Virus record (IMG/VR): IMGVR_UViG_3300037634_000578
Location: 1 to 36,299 of that record
Source of the DNA: a virus
Lineage: Duplodnaviria > Caudoviricetes
Direction: 5' to 3' (one strand)
DNA length: 36,299 bases
A program made the translations under genes and the position numbers. Under the pieces are notes generated by a model. That model saw nothing but the letters and a program-made list of their open reading frames with translations, had not been told where the DNA came from and did no database searches. Shown here one piece after another: positions 27,453-35,581 of the stretch (its first letter is position 1; every line of letters starts with the position of its first letter).

Positions 27453-28390
27453 ATGTTTTAGTTACAGGAGCCACAGGATTTCTAGGAAGAGTCTTAGTAA
27501 AGAAGTTGCGCTCTTTAGATATGAAGGTTTTTGAGTGTAATACGAAAAACGCTAACTTATTAAACTACAAGAACTTAGAAGTATTTGACCATGATACTGA
27601 TGTTAAGTTTGATATGATTTTTCACCTTGCTGCTAATACTAAGGCGGGGGATTGGTGTGTGTATAATTCGGGAACCCAATGGATTACCAACCAGCTAATT
27701 AATACTAACATTTTAAAGTTCTGGGCAGAGAGGCATCCCTTCGCTAAGTTGGTAGCTATTGGAACCAGTTGTAGTTATGATCCTGATTTGCCTTTGCGCG
27801 AGGATCAGTACGAAGAGGGCTCGCCCGAAGCTAACCTGTATTATTATGCCCACACTAAGAGAATGCTTTTGACGGGCCTGAAAGCCTTGCATAAGCAGTA
27901 TCACGCTGACTGGCTGTATGTTGTGCCTTCTACACTTTACGGACCAGGGTACGATAGGAGCGACAATCATTTCATTTTTGATCTCGTCAGAAAGATCTAT
28001 AAAGGAAAGTACGAAGGTGAGGAGGTAGAGTTGTGGGGTAATGGCGAACAGAAGCGCGAATTGATCCACGTTAACGATTTCGTAGAACTGCTGATGAAGG
28101 TTCTTTATAGGAAGAATGAAGTTATAAATATAGGAAGAGGGGAGGAGTTACCTATTTCGGTTTATGCTAAAGGAATATCTAACATCTTAAACTACGATGC
28201 TACTCAAATAGTCTATAATACTAACAAGTTCGTCGGTGTTAAGTCTAAGTGTCTCGATACGACTAAACTTAAAACCTATGTTCCTGATTTTAAATACACT
28301 CCATTAGAGGAAGGACTCAAAGAATTAATTGAATGGGAGGATCAACAATATGGAAAGAAAATATTTACCAACGCTGTCGGAATTGATTGA
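27449..28390 (+). CDS. NAD-dependent epimerase/reductase, GDP-L-fucose synthase (Fcl)-like
   Basis: VTGATGFLG, HLAA, GTSCSY, YAHTKR (YxxxK), LYGPG, LWGNG...RELIHV.D. Confidence 0.85.
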   Translation: MNVLVTGATGFLGRVLVKKLRSLDMKVFECNTKNANLLNYKNLEVFDHDTDVKFDMIFHLAANTKAGDWCVYNSGTQWITNQLINTNILKFWAERHPFAKLVAIGTSCSYDPDLPLREDQYEEGSPEANLYYYAHTKRMLLTGLKALHKQYHADWLYVVPSTLYGPGYDRSDNHFIFDLVRKIYKGKYEGEEVELWGNGEQKRELIHVNDFVELLMKVLYRKNEVINIGRGEELPISVYAKGISNILNYDATQIVYNTNKFVGVKSKCLDTTKLKTYVPDFKYTPLEEGLKELIEWEDQQYGKKIFTNAVGID

Positions 28391-28733
28391 TAGGCTGTCT
28401 ATTGCACAGCTAAAAGAGGTATTCATTCCTGAACACAAAGAGGAATATGCTGAAGAGATTAAAGATATTATGCATGATATATCCTCCTGTGGTCTTGATG
28501 GAGAATTGGTTAGAGCTATAGTGGTTCTTGCTCAAATGAATTTACACATTTGGCACAATGAATCTAATTACAGGAACGGAATAAAAGATGGAAACAACCT
28601 AGAGCTTACGCACGGCATTAATGGAATTAGAAACACAGCTAAGAATAAGGTGCAGGAGAAGTTTGGGGGTAGGAAGGATTACAAGATCGACTGTCTAGCA
28701 GCAGACTTTAAGGACTGGGAGGTTAGCTGGTGA
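28350..28733 (+). CDS. Hypothetical helical protein of the polysaccharide locus
   Basis: RBS GGAGG upstream of ATG 28350. Contains TLSELIDRLSIAQLK...NLHIWHNE...NGIRN. Confidence 0.75.
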   Translation: MERKYLPTLSELIDRLSIAQLKEVFIPEHKEEYAEEIKDIMHDISSCGLDGELVRAIVVLAQMNLHIWHNESNYRNGIKDGNNLELTHGINGIRNTAKNKVQEKFGGRKDYKIDCLAADFKDWEVSW

Positions 28734-29836
28734 GTATATCACAGGATTCAGACACGAAGCCAGGGTATAGGGATCTTCGGGAGGACAATTGGAATGATTG
28801 TCCCTTTCCTAAGATTTTAATTACGGGAGGTGCTGGGTACATCGGGACAGTCTTAGTTCAGAAATTAATGGAGTCAGCAAAAATGTGGACCCAGAAGAGC
28901 GTTTCCAAAAAGGATATGAAGGGTCGCTGGTATAAGGATTGTGGATCTACTATCCAAGGGTTTAAGAAAATAACCGTTTACGACAACCTAATGTATCAAC
29001 AAACGCCCCTCACTCAGTATTGTTATAGACCTGAATTTGAGTTTGTAAGAGGGGATGTGCGTGACCAAGAAAAGCTGAGAAAGTATGTAGAAGAAGCAGA
29101 TGTTATTATCCCTCTCGCAGCAATTGTTGGGGCTCCTGCGTGTGAAAGGGATAAAGAGTTAGCCACTGCTGTAAACTATGAACACGTTAAATTTATTTGT
29201 GAGAATGCAAAGCCTCTCGCTAAAATCATTTATCCAAATACTAATAGCGGCTACGGAATAGGAGAGGCAGGGGTACCTTGTACGGAGGATATGCCTCTCA
29301 CTCCTATTAGTCACTACGGTAGAACAAAGTGTGATGCGGAGAGAGTTGTTTTAGACCATGGTGGGATCGTTTTTAGGCTGGCAACGGTGTTCGGCGTATC
29401 CCCTCGACAACGCTTAGACCTTTTAGTTAATGATTTTACATACAAAGCCTATAAGCAAGGGTATATTGTTTTGTTTGAACATAATTTTGTAAGGAATTAT
29501 ATTCATGTACAAGACGTTGCGTTAGCCTTTATGAGAGCTATGTATTATTACAGAAACCCGAACCGTAAGATGTGGGGGGTTTATAATGTGGGGCTTTCGT
29601 CGGCCAACCTTACTAAGTTAGAGTTAGCGGAAAAGATTAGGGAGCAGGTGCCAGGATTCTCCATTCAATGCGACGAGATTGCCGAAGACCCTGACAAGAG
29701 AGACTATGTTGTATCGAATGCGCGATTCGAGAAACAAGGATGGAGACCTCGATACACTTTAGAGAGGGGAATTGAGGAACTTCTTAAAGCTTTTGAAATA
29801 CTTGGACCCTCTTTAAATCAATACACGAATTTATAA
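28730..29836 (+). CDS. NAD-dependent NDP-sugar epimerase/dehydratase (extended SDR)
   Basis: ITGGAGYIG, GDVRD, PLAAIVGAPAC, YGRTK, RLATVFG.SPR.RLDLLVNDF, RNYIHV.D, DKRDY.V. Confidence 0.92.
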   Translation: MSISQDSDTKPGYRDLREDNWNDCPFPKILITGGAGYIGTVLVQKLMESAKMWTQKSVSKKDMKGRWYKDCGSTIQGFKKITVYDNLMYQQTPLTQYCYRPEFEFVRGDVRDQEKLRKYVEEADVIIPLAAIVGAPACERDKELATAVNYEHVKFICENAKPLAKIIYPNTNSGYGIGEAGVPCTEDMPLTPISHYGRTKCDAERVVLDHGGIVFRLATVFGVSPRQRLDLLVNDFTYKAYKQGYIVLFEHNFVRNYIHVQDVALAFMRAMYYYRNPNRKMWGVYNVGLSSANLTKLELAEKIREQVPGFSIQCDEIAEDPDKRDYVVSNARFEKQGWRPRYTLERGIEELLKAFEILGPSLNQYTNL

Positions 29837-29837
29837 T

Positions 29838-31007
29838 ATGAAGCAGACTATTTGTTTAACTATGATTGTTAAGAACGAAATTGATGTTCTTAAAAACGCT
29901 TTTGATAGCGTAGCCCATTTAATTGATTATTGGGTAATTGCGGATACGGGCTCTGACGATGGAACTCAGGACTTTATTAAAACGTATTTTAAAGAGAAGG
30001 GAATTGAGGGAGAATTGTACGAAGATGAGTGGGTTAACTTTGCTCACAATCGTCAATTAGTCTCTGAGAGGGCCAAAAATAAAGCCGATTACCATCTCAC
30101 GATAGATGCTGATGAAGTTCTTGTTCCGCTCAAGAAAGACGTACCTAGTCTTAAAGAGAAGATTAAGAAGCTCCCTAAGTTTAAAGAGGATCTAGTGAGA
30201 GTGTATACCCACTTAAATCCGTGGGTATATAAGAGAGCCCAACTCTTTAGAGGGTCTCTAGATTGGAAGTGGGCAGAAGGACTGCACGAGTATCCTTATT
30301 GTGAGCAGGCTACCTCCGAAGAGTTTTTTGATTCTTTTTGTATTTACACAGAGGGAGGAGGATCAAGAGGAAAAGAGGATAACCGTCTAGAAGCAGATGT
30401 TCGAGAACTAGAAAAGATGCTAGAAGAACAGCCCTCTGGTAGAAATTACTATAATCTAGGAATGACGCACCAATCTCGAACAGACTATGGCCCAGCGATT
30501 GATGCTTATACCAAATGCATTGAACTAACTAGTTGGGATGAGGAGAAGTATTTGGCCTATCTCTCTAAAGCAGCGTGTATGCATTATAGTGGAAGGATGG
30601 ATGGAGCAGTTCGTGAGTATTCCAAAGCTACTACTATTATTCCTTATCGGTCTGAAGCATATTATTACCTAGCCGAGATGTATTTCCACAAGAATGAGTA
30701 TATGATAAGTAAGGTTCTTTTGGAGTACGCTTCTAAATTGCCTTTTCCTAAAGGAGAGCTTAGTTTAGTAGATAAAGAAGTAACGGAGTGGAAGATTCAG
30801 GATGTATTATCCTTATGTTACTATGAAGAAGGTAAATATAAAGAAGCCTATAAACTACTCAAATCAGTGCTTAGGAGTAAGACGGTAAAAATATTTGATA
30901 AAGCCCAGAGACATAGGTTGGAAAATAATTTTGCCTTATTTAAGAGAGTGCATGGGTATCCTCGAAAAGTGCAAAAAGAGATTAGAGAAAAAAAGGAGAA
31001 AGAATAA
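29838..31007 (+). CDS. Glycosyltransferase family 2 with TPR repeats
   Basis: ICLTMIVKNE, DTGSDDGT, WVNFAHNR, IDADE, LHE, followed by TPR helices (YYNLG, EAYYYLA). Confidence 0.9.
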   Translation: MKQTICLTMIVKNEIDVLKNAFDSVAHLIDYWVIADTGSDDGTQDFIKTYFKEKGIEGELYEDEWVNFAHNRQLVSERAKNKADYHLTIDADEVLVPLKKDVPSLKEKIKKLPKFKEDLVRVYTHLNPWVYKRAQLFRGSLDWKWAEGLHEYPYCEQATSEEFFDSFCIYTEGGGSRGKEDNRLEADVRELEKMLEEQPSGRNYYNLGMTHQSRTDYGPAIDAYTKCIELTSWDEEKYLAYLSKAACMHYSGRMDGAVREYSKATTIIPYRSEAYYYLAEMYFHKNEYMISKVLLEYASKLPFPKGELSLVDKEVTEWKIQDVLSLCYYEEGKYKEAYKLLKSVLRSKTVKIFDKAQRHRLENNFALFKRVHGYPRKVQKEIREKKEKE

Positions 31008-31222
31008 TGCCTGTATATAATTGGGAATGTACTGAGTGCGGAACTGTTTGGGAGATTTTTCAGTCGATGACTGAGCGTGATGAAGAACCTCCTAAGTATT
31101 GTAAGAAATGTAACCCTGATTTTGTGGGAGAGGGAACCTTAAAGCAGGTTCACTACCCTGGGAGCTTACCTAAGTTTAAGATTACAGGAGAAGGGGCATA
31201 CTACCCTGATAAGTGGCAGTGA
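31007..31222 (+). CDS. FmdB-like zinc-ribbon protein
   Basis: MPVYNWECTECG...CKKC...F...GEG.Y..D. Confidence 0.8.
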   Translation: MPVYNWECTECGTVWEIFQSMTERDEEPPKYCKKCNPDFVGEGTLKQVHYPGSLPKFKITGEGAYYPDKWQ

Positions 31223-31563
31223 ACGACAAATTAAATCATTTTGATGTGTATCAGGACGCAGCCGAGGCTACTGCAATCTATCCTGCTAAAGGGGATAACT
31301 TATACTACCCTGCACTTGGACTCGCTGGAGAGGCAGGAGAGGTTTGTGAGAAGATTAAGAAGATCATGCGTGACCAGAAGGGTTATTGCACAGAAGAGGA
31401 TGCAGAAGAAATAAGTAAAGAGCTTGGAGATGTTCTATGGTATCTCTCCACTCTTGCAACTGAAATTAATATTTCTTTATCCACTATTGCGGAGGACAAC
31501 TTAAAGAAGCTGGCAGACCGTAAAGAGCGCAATATGCTTAGTGGATCAGGAGACAACAGGTAA
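31213..31563 (+). CDS. mazG: MazG-like nucleoside triphosphate pyrophosphohydrolase
   Basis: LGLAGEAGEV.EKIKK..RD, KELGDVLWY, NLKKLADR, GSGDNR. Confidence 0.92.
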   Translation: MAVNDKLNHFDVYQDAAEATAIYPAKGDNLYYPALGLAGEAGEVCEKIKKIMRDQKGYCTEEDAEEISKELGDVLWYLSTLATEINISLSTIAEDNLKKLADRKERNMLSGSGDNR

Positions 31564-31931
31564 TGTTGGATTTAGATGACCCGTTCCCGCCGATGAGGGC
31601 AGCTATTAATGAGTCCAAAAAGTCAAAACATAGGTTTCAAATAGGTGCTGCCATTGCCAAAGGTAAAAGAATCTTAGCTAAGGCTCATAATAGCCGCAAG
31701 ACTCATCCTATATTTGGATCGGGAGATTACTCGACCCTCCATGCTGAGAGCTATGCCATATACAAAGCAGTTCGTCAAGGGATAGACTTAGCGGGGACCA
31801 CTATTTATATCTATCGTCACAATAATAACTTAGCGAAACCTTGCCCTTGTTGCATGGGCCTCATTCATAAATATGGTATAAAAGAGGTCGTTTATAGTGG
31901 TAAAGAACTTAGGTCCAAGAGTGTCTGTTAA
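31563..31931 (+). CDS. Zinc-dependent cytidine/dCMP deaminase-family protein
   Basis: IGAAI, LHAE, KPCPCC, GIKEVVYS. Confidence 0.88.
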   Translation: MLDLDDPFPPMRAAINESKKSKHRFQIGAAIAKGKRILAKAHNSRKTHPIFGSGDYSTLHAESYAIYKAVRQGIDLAGTTIYIYRHNNNLAKPCPCCMGLIHKYGIKEVVYSGKELRSKSVC

Positions 31932-32781
31932 CACTATATTCTGCAAAGCCTTCATCTTTGCCTGGGACGCTACCTTGTTCATCAAAATCAGGCACCCAGT
32001 ACTCTATATTTGTAACAGCGTGCCCTAAACCGTCAATATAATTGGCTATATTAGTGGGGTTTTCTTGACTGGTAATATATTGGTAAAATAGGGTATAATC
32101 CTGCTCTCCCACGTTGAAAAACTCACCGTGATCTAAAAATGTGTTTGCGTTAGTGGACCCCAGCATATTCTTAAATTCCCCAAAGTTATTTATACCCCCT
32201 CGATACCTAGGTGTGCTCGCTGTTCCTTGGTAACGGTACTGTACTTCAAAATGCCTTAGTCCATGCATCTGCTTAAGTGTCTCAGTATCTGTTGCCTGCC
32301 ATAGTCTCCTGTGATACCATTTTTGTTTTGTCTGAACATTACCTTGGGGACCGAGAGCAGAAACCCCTACAGCCCCGTAAGTATTGCCATAAGAATCAGC
32401 ACTAGCAGGATACCATTCAAAGGTTTGTGGTTGCGTAAATGCTGAAGTGGAATAATTATCATATGATTTTTCTATTTGGTAATGTGCCGTTACTAAAGAT
32501 TGCAGTACGGTGCGTCCAACTCTGTACTCACAAGTTGGCTCAGTCAAGCTAAATGTAGTTGCTGAGGGGCCATAGACTGGAACTCTTACATATTGTATTC
32601 CCAGATCTTGTGTTTCTATCATCCATGGACCAGAGCATTGATAACCTTGTCCGCTGGGAAAGGAGGGGCACCCCGAAACTCCAGAAGCAGCCCATGTACT
32701 GCCTCCTCCTGATAAGGATAGTCCAGGGACATTTCCTGTGGGATCTACTGGCGTAACTGGTGATGGGCTTACTGCGGGCAT
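31909..32781 (-). CDS. Hypothetical protein (Pro/Ser/Gly/Thr-rich, possibly virion-associated)
   Basis: 290 aa with RBS GGAG, antisense to its neighbours. Preceded by CTATATAATA. Confidence 0.75.
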   Translation of the reverse strand: MPAVSPSPVTPVDPTGNVPGLSLSGGGSTWAASGVSGCPSFPSGQGYQCSGPWMIETQDLGIQYVRVPVYGPSATTFSLTEPTCEYRVGRTVLQSLVTAHYQIEKSYDNYSTSAFTQPQTFEWYPASADSYGNTYGAVGVSALGPQGNVQTKQKWYHRRLWQATDTETLKQMHGLRHFEVQYRYQGTASTPRYRGGINNFGEFKNMLGSTNANTFLDHGEFFNVGEQDYTLFYQYITSQENPTNIANYIDGLGHAVTNIEYWVPDFDEQGSVPGKDEGFAEYSVNRHSWT

Positions 32782-32910
32782 AATTTATTCTCCGTTTATA
32801 TTATATAGTAAAACTAAAAAAGAATAACCCCTAAAATATTATCAAGAAATAAAAAAAAATCATTATATAGAAATAATACCTCCAAAAAGTCAAATTGTCT
32901 ATAATAAGGT
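32782..32910. promoter_or_regulatory. AT-rich divergent promoter region
   Basis: The - strand has CTATATAAT at 32808 and 32870. The + strand has TATAAT at 32900-32905, 5 nt before the recA ATG. Poly-A tracts lie between. Confidence 0.6.
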
Positions 32911-33897
32911 ATGGAACAAGCTGTATTAAAACGATTAAAGAACGCTGGATTACTCTCTGAACAGATCCCTGACTTGGGGTTTGTTTCTACTGGAAGCTAC
33001 TCTCTCAACAAGGTAATCTCAGGTGATTACTCCAAAGGCATTCCTGTTGGGATGATTACTCAATTTCATGGGGAGGCTTCTACTGCAAAGACTGTATTTG
33101 CCACTCATGTTCTTAAAGAGGCTCAAGCTCAAGGTTACTATTCAATGCTTGTGGATTCAGAGAATGCTTACAACGCTCAATTCGCACAGCATTTAGGATT
33201 AGATCCCAAGAAGCTAATCTATGCTGCTCCTGAAACTTTGGAAGACTGTTTTCAAGTTATAGAGGACACTATCCTAGCCATTAGAGAGAGCGACGCAGAT
33301 ACTCCGATTGTTGTAGCATACGACAGTATTGCAGTCTCCCCCTCTAAAGCAGAGTACGAGGCAGAGAACTACGAAGGAAACAATATGCAGGGAGCTATTC
33401 GAGCTAAGTCTACGGGAGCTTGTTTGAGAAAGATCAACCCTCTGATGCGTAAGTATAAAGTTGCTCTTGTAATCATCAACCAAATTAGGAATAAAGTGGG
33501 CGTCATGTACGGGAGTCCAGAGACTATGGCAGCAGGAGGAAAATCATTAGAGTATTACCTTGGCGTAAATCTAAAGTGTATTTCAAATAAAACTAGCGAC
33601 CTCCTTCGTGATGAGCATAAAAGTGTGATTGGGATTAAGGGTACAGTACGAAACACAAAGAACAAAGTCTCTGTTCCCTTTAGGGAATGCGAATTTGAGT
33701 TGATGTATAACGAGGGCCTTAAGCCTTTTGCGGGAGTCCTGAAACAGCTAGAAGCTGATGATATTATTCAGAGAAGTGGTGCATGGTATTCGGTGGATGG
33801 AACGGAAAAGAAGTTTCAATCGAAAGACTTTCTAGGACTACTTCAAGACACTACGGAAGCGGGATTCGACCCAATTAGAAAATTTTTAGGATTTTAA
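32911..33897 (+). CDS. recA: RecA/UvsX recombinase
   Basis: STGS..LN, GIP.G.I, Walker A variant GEASTAKT, DSENA, YDSIA, IINQIR.K.GVMYG.PE..AGG, KNKV..PFRE, SGAWY. Confidence 0.95.
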   Translation: MEQAVLKRLKNAGLLSEQIPDLGFVSTGSYSLNKVISGDYSKGIPVGMITQFHGEASTAKTVFATHVLKEAQAQGYYSMLVDSENAYNAQFAQHLGLDPKKLIYAAPETLEDCFQVIEDTILAIRESDADTPIVVAYDSIAVSPSKAEYEAENYEGNNMQGAIRAKSTGACLRKINPLMRKYKVALVIINQIRNKVGVMYGSPETMAAGGKSLEYYLGVNLKCISNKTSDLLRDEHKSVIGIKGTVRNTKNKVSVPFRECEFELMYNEGLKPFAGVLKQLEADDIIQRSGAWYSVDGTEKKFQSKDFLGLLQDTTEAGFDPIRKFLGF

Positions 33898-33899
33898 TC

Positions 33900-33927
33900 T
33901 TGCATTCTCTAACGGATCTGCTATAAT
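33900..33927 (+). promoter_or_regulatory. Sigma70-type (early) promoter
   Basis: TTGCAT (33900-33905), 16-nt spacer, extended -10 TGCTATAAT. Then RBS GAGGAG before ATG 33951. Confidence 0.65.
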
Positions 33928-33950
33928 AGGCGCACAAGAGGAGAATACCT

Positions 33951-34208
33951 ATGACTGATGATTCAACACTCGACGAACTTGCTGATCTTATTGATGAGGC
34001 TTTTGCTAAAGCCTTCGGAAGATCGACAGACAAGTCTGAAAAAACCTACGCCCCTTATAGTAAGGAGCAACCCACAACTTCCTCTCTTTATGAGTCTATC
34101 GAGGACTATACTGCTCAGACTGGTAAGCGATTCCGCATGACCAAAGAGCAGAAGAACCTTGGATTGACCCGTGAAGAGGCTTTTACTGAAACCTATGGAG
34201 ACAACTAA
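33951..34208 (+). CDS. Hypothetical protein
   Basis: 85 aa with strong RBS and an upstream promoter. Confidence 0.75.
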   Translation: MTDDSTLDELADLIDEAFAKAFGRSTDKSEKTYAPYSKEQPTTSSLYESIEDYTAQTGKRFRMTKEQKNLGLTREEAFTETYGDN

Positions 34209-34209
34209 T

Positions 34210-34995
34210 ATGATTAAAAACGAAGAACTACTGCGTACTTATGCCCCTGCTGCTTTTGCAACCGAACCCGAAAAAGGACAGGTATCTAGCCGATACTCTT
34301 TCCTTCCCACTACGGATATTCTTGAGATCCTTCAAGATGAGGGCTGGACGGCATGGAAGGCCCAGCAAGTGAAACCGCGCCTGTGGAGTACAGGTCATGC
34401 TAAGCACCTTATTCGCCTTCGCCATGAAGACCTTGATATGGATTCTTTTGGTGTTGGTGATTCCTTTCCTGAGATGCTTCTTATGAATGCACACAACGGG
34501 ACTGGTGCCTACGATCTTATGGGAGGTATCTTCCGTATGGTCTGCTCTAATGGCATGGTGATCTCTGAGAGCGACTTTGGGAAGATCCACATCCGACACA
34601 TCGGCTTTGAGCCTAAGCAGGTTGTAGAGGCTTCTAGGGCTCTCATTATGAACGCCACCAAAGTGGCTGATAAGATCGACACTTGGCAGAATACTGAGCT
34701 TAGTGAGCGTTCTCGTCTGGACTTCTTTACGGATGCTGCTAAGATTCGTTTCGAGAACCCTGATGAGGGTCTGATCCAAGACATGGCTACTGTTCGCAGA
34801 GAAGAAGACCGTGGGACTGATCTCTGGAGGACTTTTAATGTCGCTCAAGAGAACCTCATTCGAGGTGGTTTCCTTAACGGTTCTACCCGTCGCAGAGTGC
34901 GCCCTCTTACTTCTATTCAAAAAGATGTGAAATTCAACTCACAACTTTGGGATTTGGCGAGTACATATAGTGGAGAGAACGTTTCCCTCAACTAG
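34210..34995 (+). CDS. DUF932/DUF945 family protein
   Basis: SSRYSFLPT..IL..L..EGW, KHLIRLR, PE.LL.NAHNGT, GIFRMVCSNGM, IRH, RREED...DLW.TFNV.QENLIRGG. RBS GGAG before 34210. Confidence 0.9.
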   Translation: MIKNEELLRTYAPAAFATEPEKGQVSSRYSFLPTTDILEILQDEGWTAWKAQQVKPRLWSTGHAKHLIRLRHEDLDMDSFGVGDSFPEMLLMNAHNGTGAYDLMGGIFRMVCSNGMVISESDFGKIHIRHIGFEPKQVVEASRALIMNATKVADKIDTWQNTELSERSRLDFFTDAAKIRFENPDEGLIQDMATVRREEDRGTDLWRTFNVAQENLIRGGFLNGSTRRRVRPLTSIQKDVKFNSQLWDLASTYSGENVSLN

Positions 34996-35012
34996 CCGAA
35001 GGAGATAGGGTG

Positions 35013-35045
35013 GGGAGGGAAATACGTATTTCCCTCCCTATTCGT
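35013..35045 (+). terminator. Perfect 26-bp palindrome, probable terminator
   Basis: GGGAGGGAAATACGTATTTCCCTCCC (35013-35038) directly after the DUF932 gene, with a weak U-tail. Confidence 0.6.
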
Positions 35046-35051
35046 ATATCC

Positions 35052-35399
35052 ATGAAAAATCCTGAATTTAGAGAGCCTTTGGCTAGTGATAGTGAAGGCT
35101 TATTCATAACCGTTGCTCAAATGCAGTTCTTCCTTAATCGCCCTTATGGGGCTGAGAAGTTTAAAGCGGGAGATTCGGACTTTATGCGGTACTATAAAAA
35201 CTGCAAATTATACAATCTAATCTATGAAATGATGGAAGAGGATCCTGATTGTGCGATGATGTACTGGGATGCTAAGGCTGGAGGGGTAGCGATTACCTTC
35301 CCAGTTCAAGGGAAAGTAGCTAAGTCTTTAGATGAGTATTCTTTCTTAGCGAGTTTCGATGATGAAGATGACGATGATGAAGATTCTTATATATTTTAA
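35052..35399 (+). CDS. Hypothetical protein with acidic C-terminus
   Basis: Start taken at MKNPEF, downstream of the hairpin. Ends in DDEDDDDED. Confidence 0.7.
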   Translation: MKNPEFREPLASDSEGLFITVAQMQFFLNRPYGAEKFKAGDSDFMRYYKNCKLYNLIYEMMEEDPDCAMMYWDAKAGGVAITFPVQGKVAKSLDEYSFLASFDDEDDDDEDSYIF

Positions 35400-35401
35400 A
35401 A

Positions 35402-35581
35402 ATGGGAAGAACTTATAGATTTAACAAAAAAGATGGGTCAGGGAAACGAAAGCATAAGGCGAAGGCTTCTCGACAAAAAAAGAAGCGTAATTTAGGACGA
35501 AGAATAGCATCCAGGGACTATGATATAAGTGAGGATCGTTTTGAACGATTTACCAATCATGGAAAACCTAGTAAATCATAA
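35402..35581 (+). CDS. Small highly basic protein (59 aa), not in the ORF track
   Basis: Translates to MGRTYRFNKKDGSGKRKHKAKASRQKKKRNLGRRIASRDYDISEDRFERFTNHGKPSKS* and fills the gap exactly. Confidence 0.6.
   Translation: MGRTYRFNKKDGSGKRKHKAKASRQKKKRNLGRRIASRDYDISEDRFERFTNHGKPSKS

Noticed and set aside
17563-31007. Host chromosomal O-antigen locus or prophage boundary
   Set aside because: Flanked on both sides by phage genes, with translational coupling on the right and the phage promoter motif on the left. No wzx, wzy, integrase or att site seen.
32782-32910. Replication origin in the AT-rich gap
   Set aside because: No iterons are visible, and the divergent promoter motifs are sufficient to explain the composition.
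34228-34920. 230-aa antisense ORF
   Set aside because: Lies entirely opposite the well-supported DUF932 gene and has no motifs or RBS, so it is a shadow ORF.
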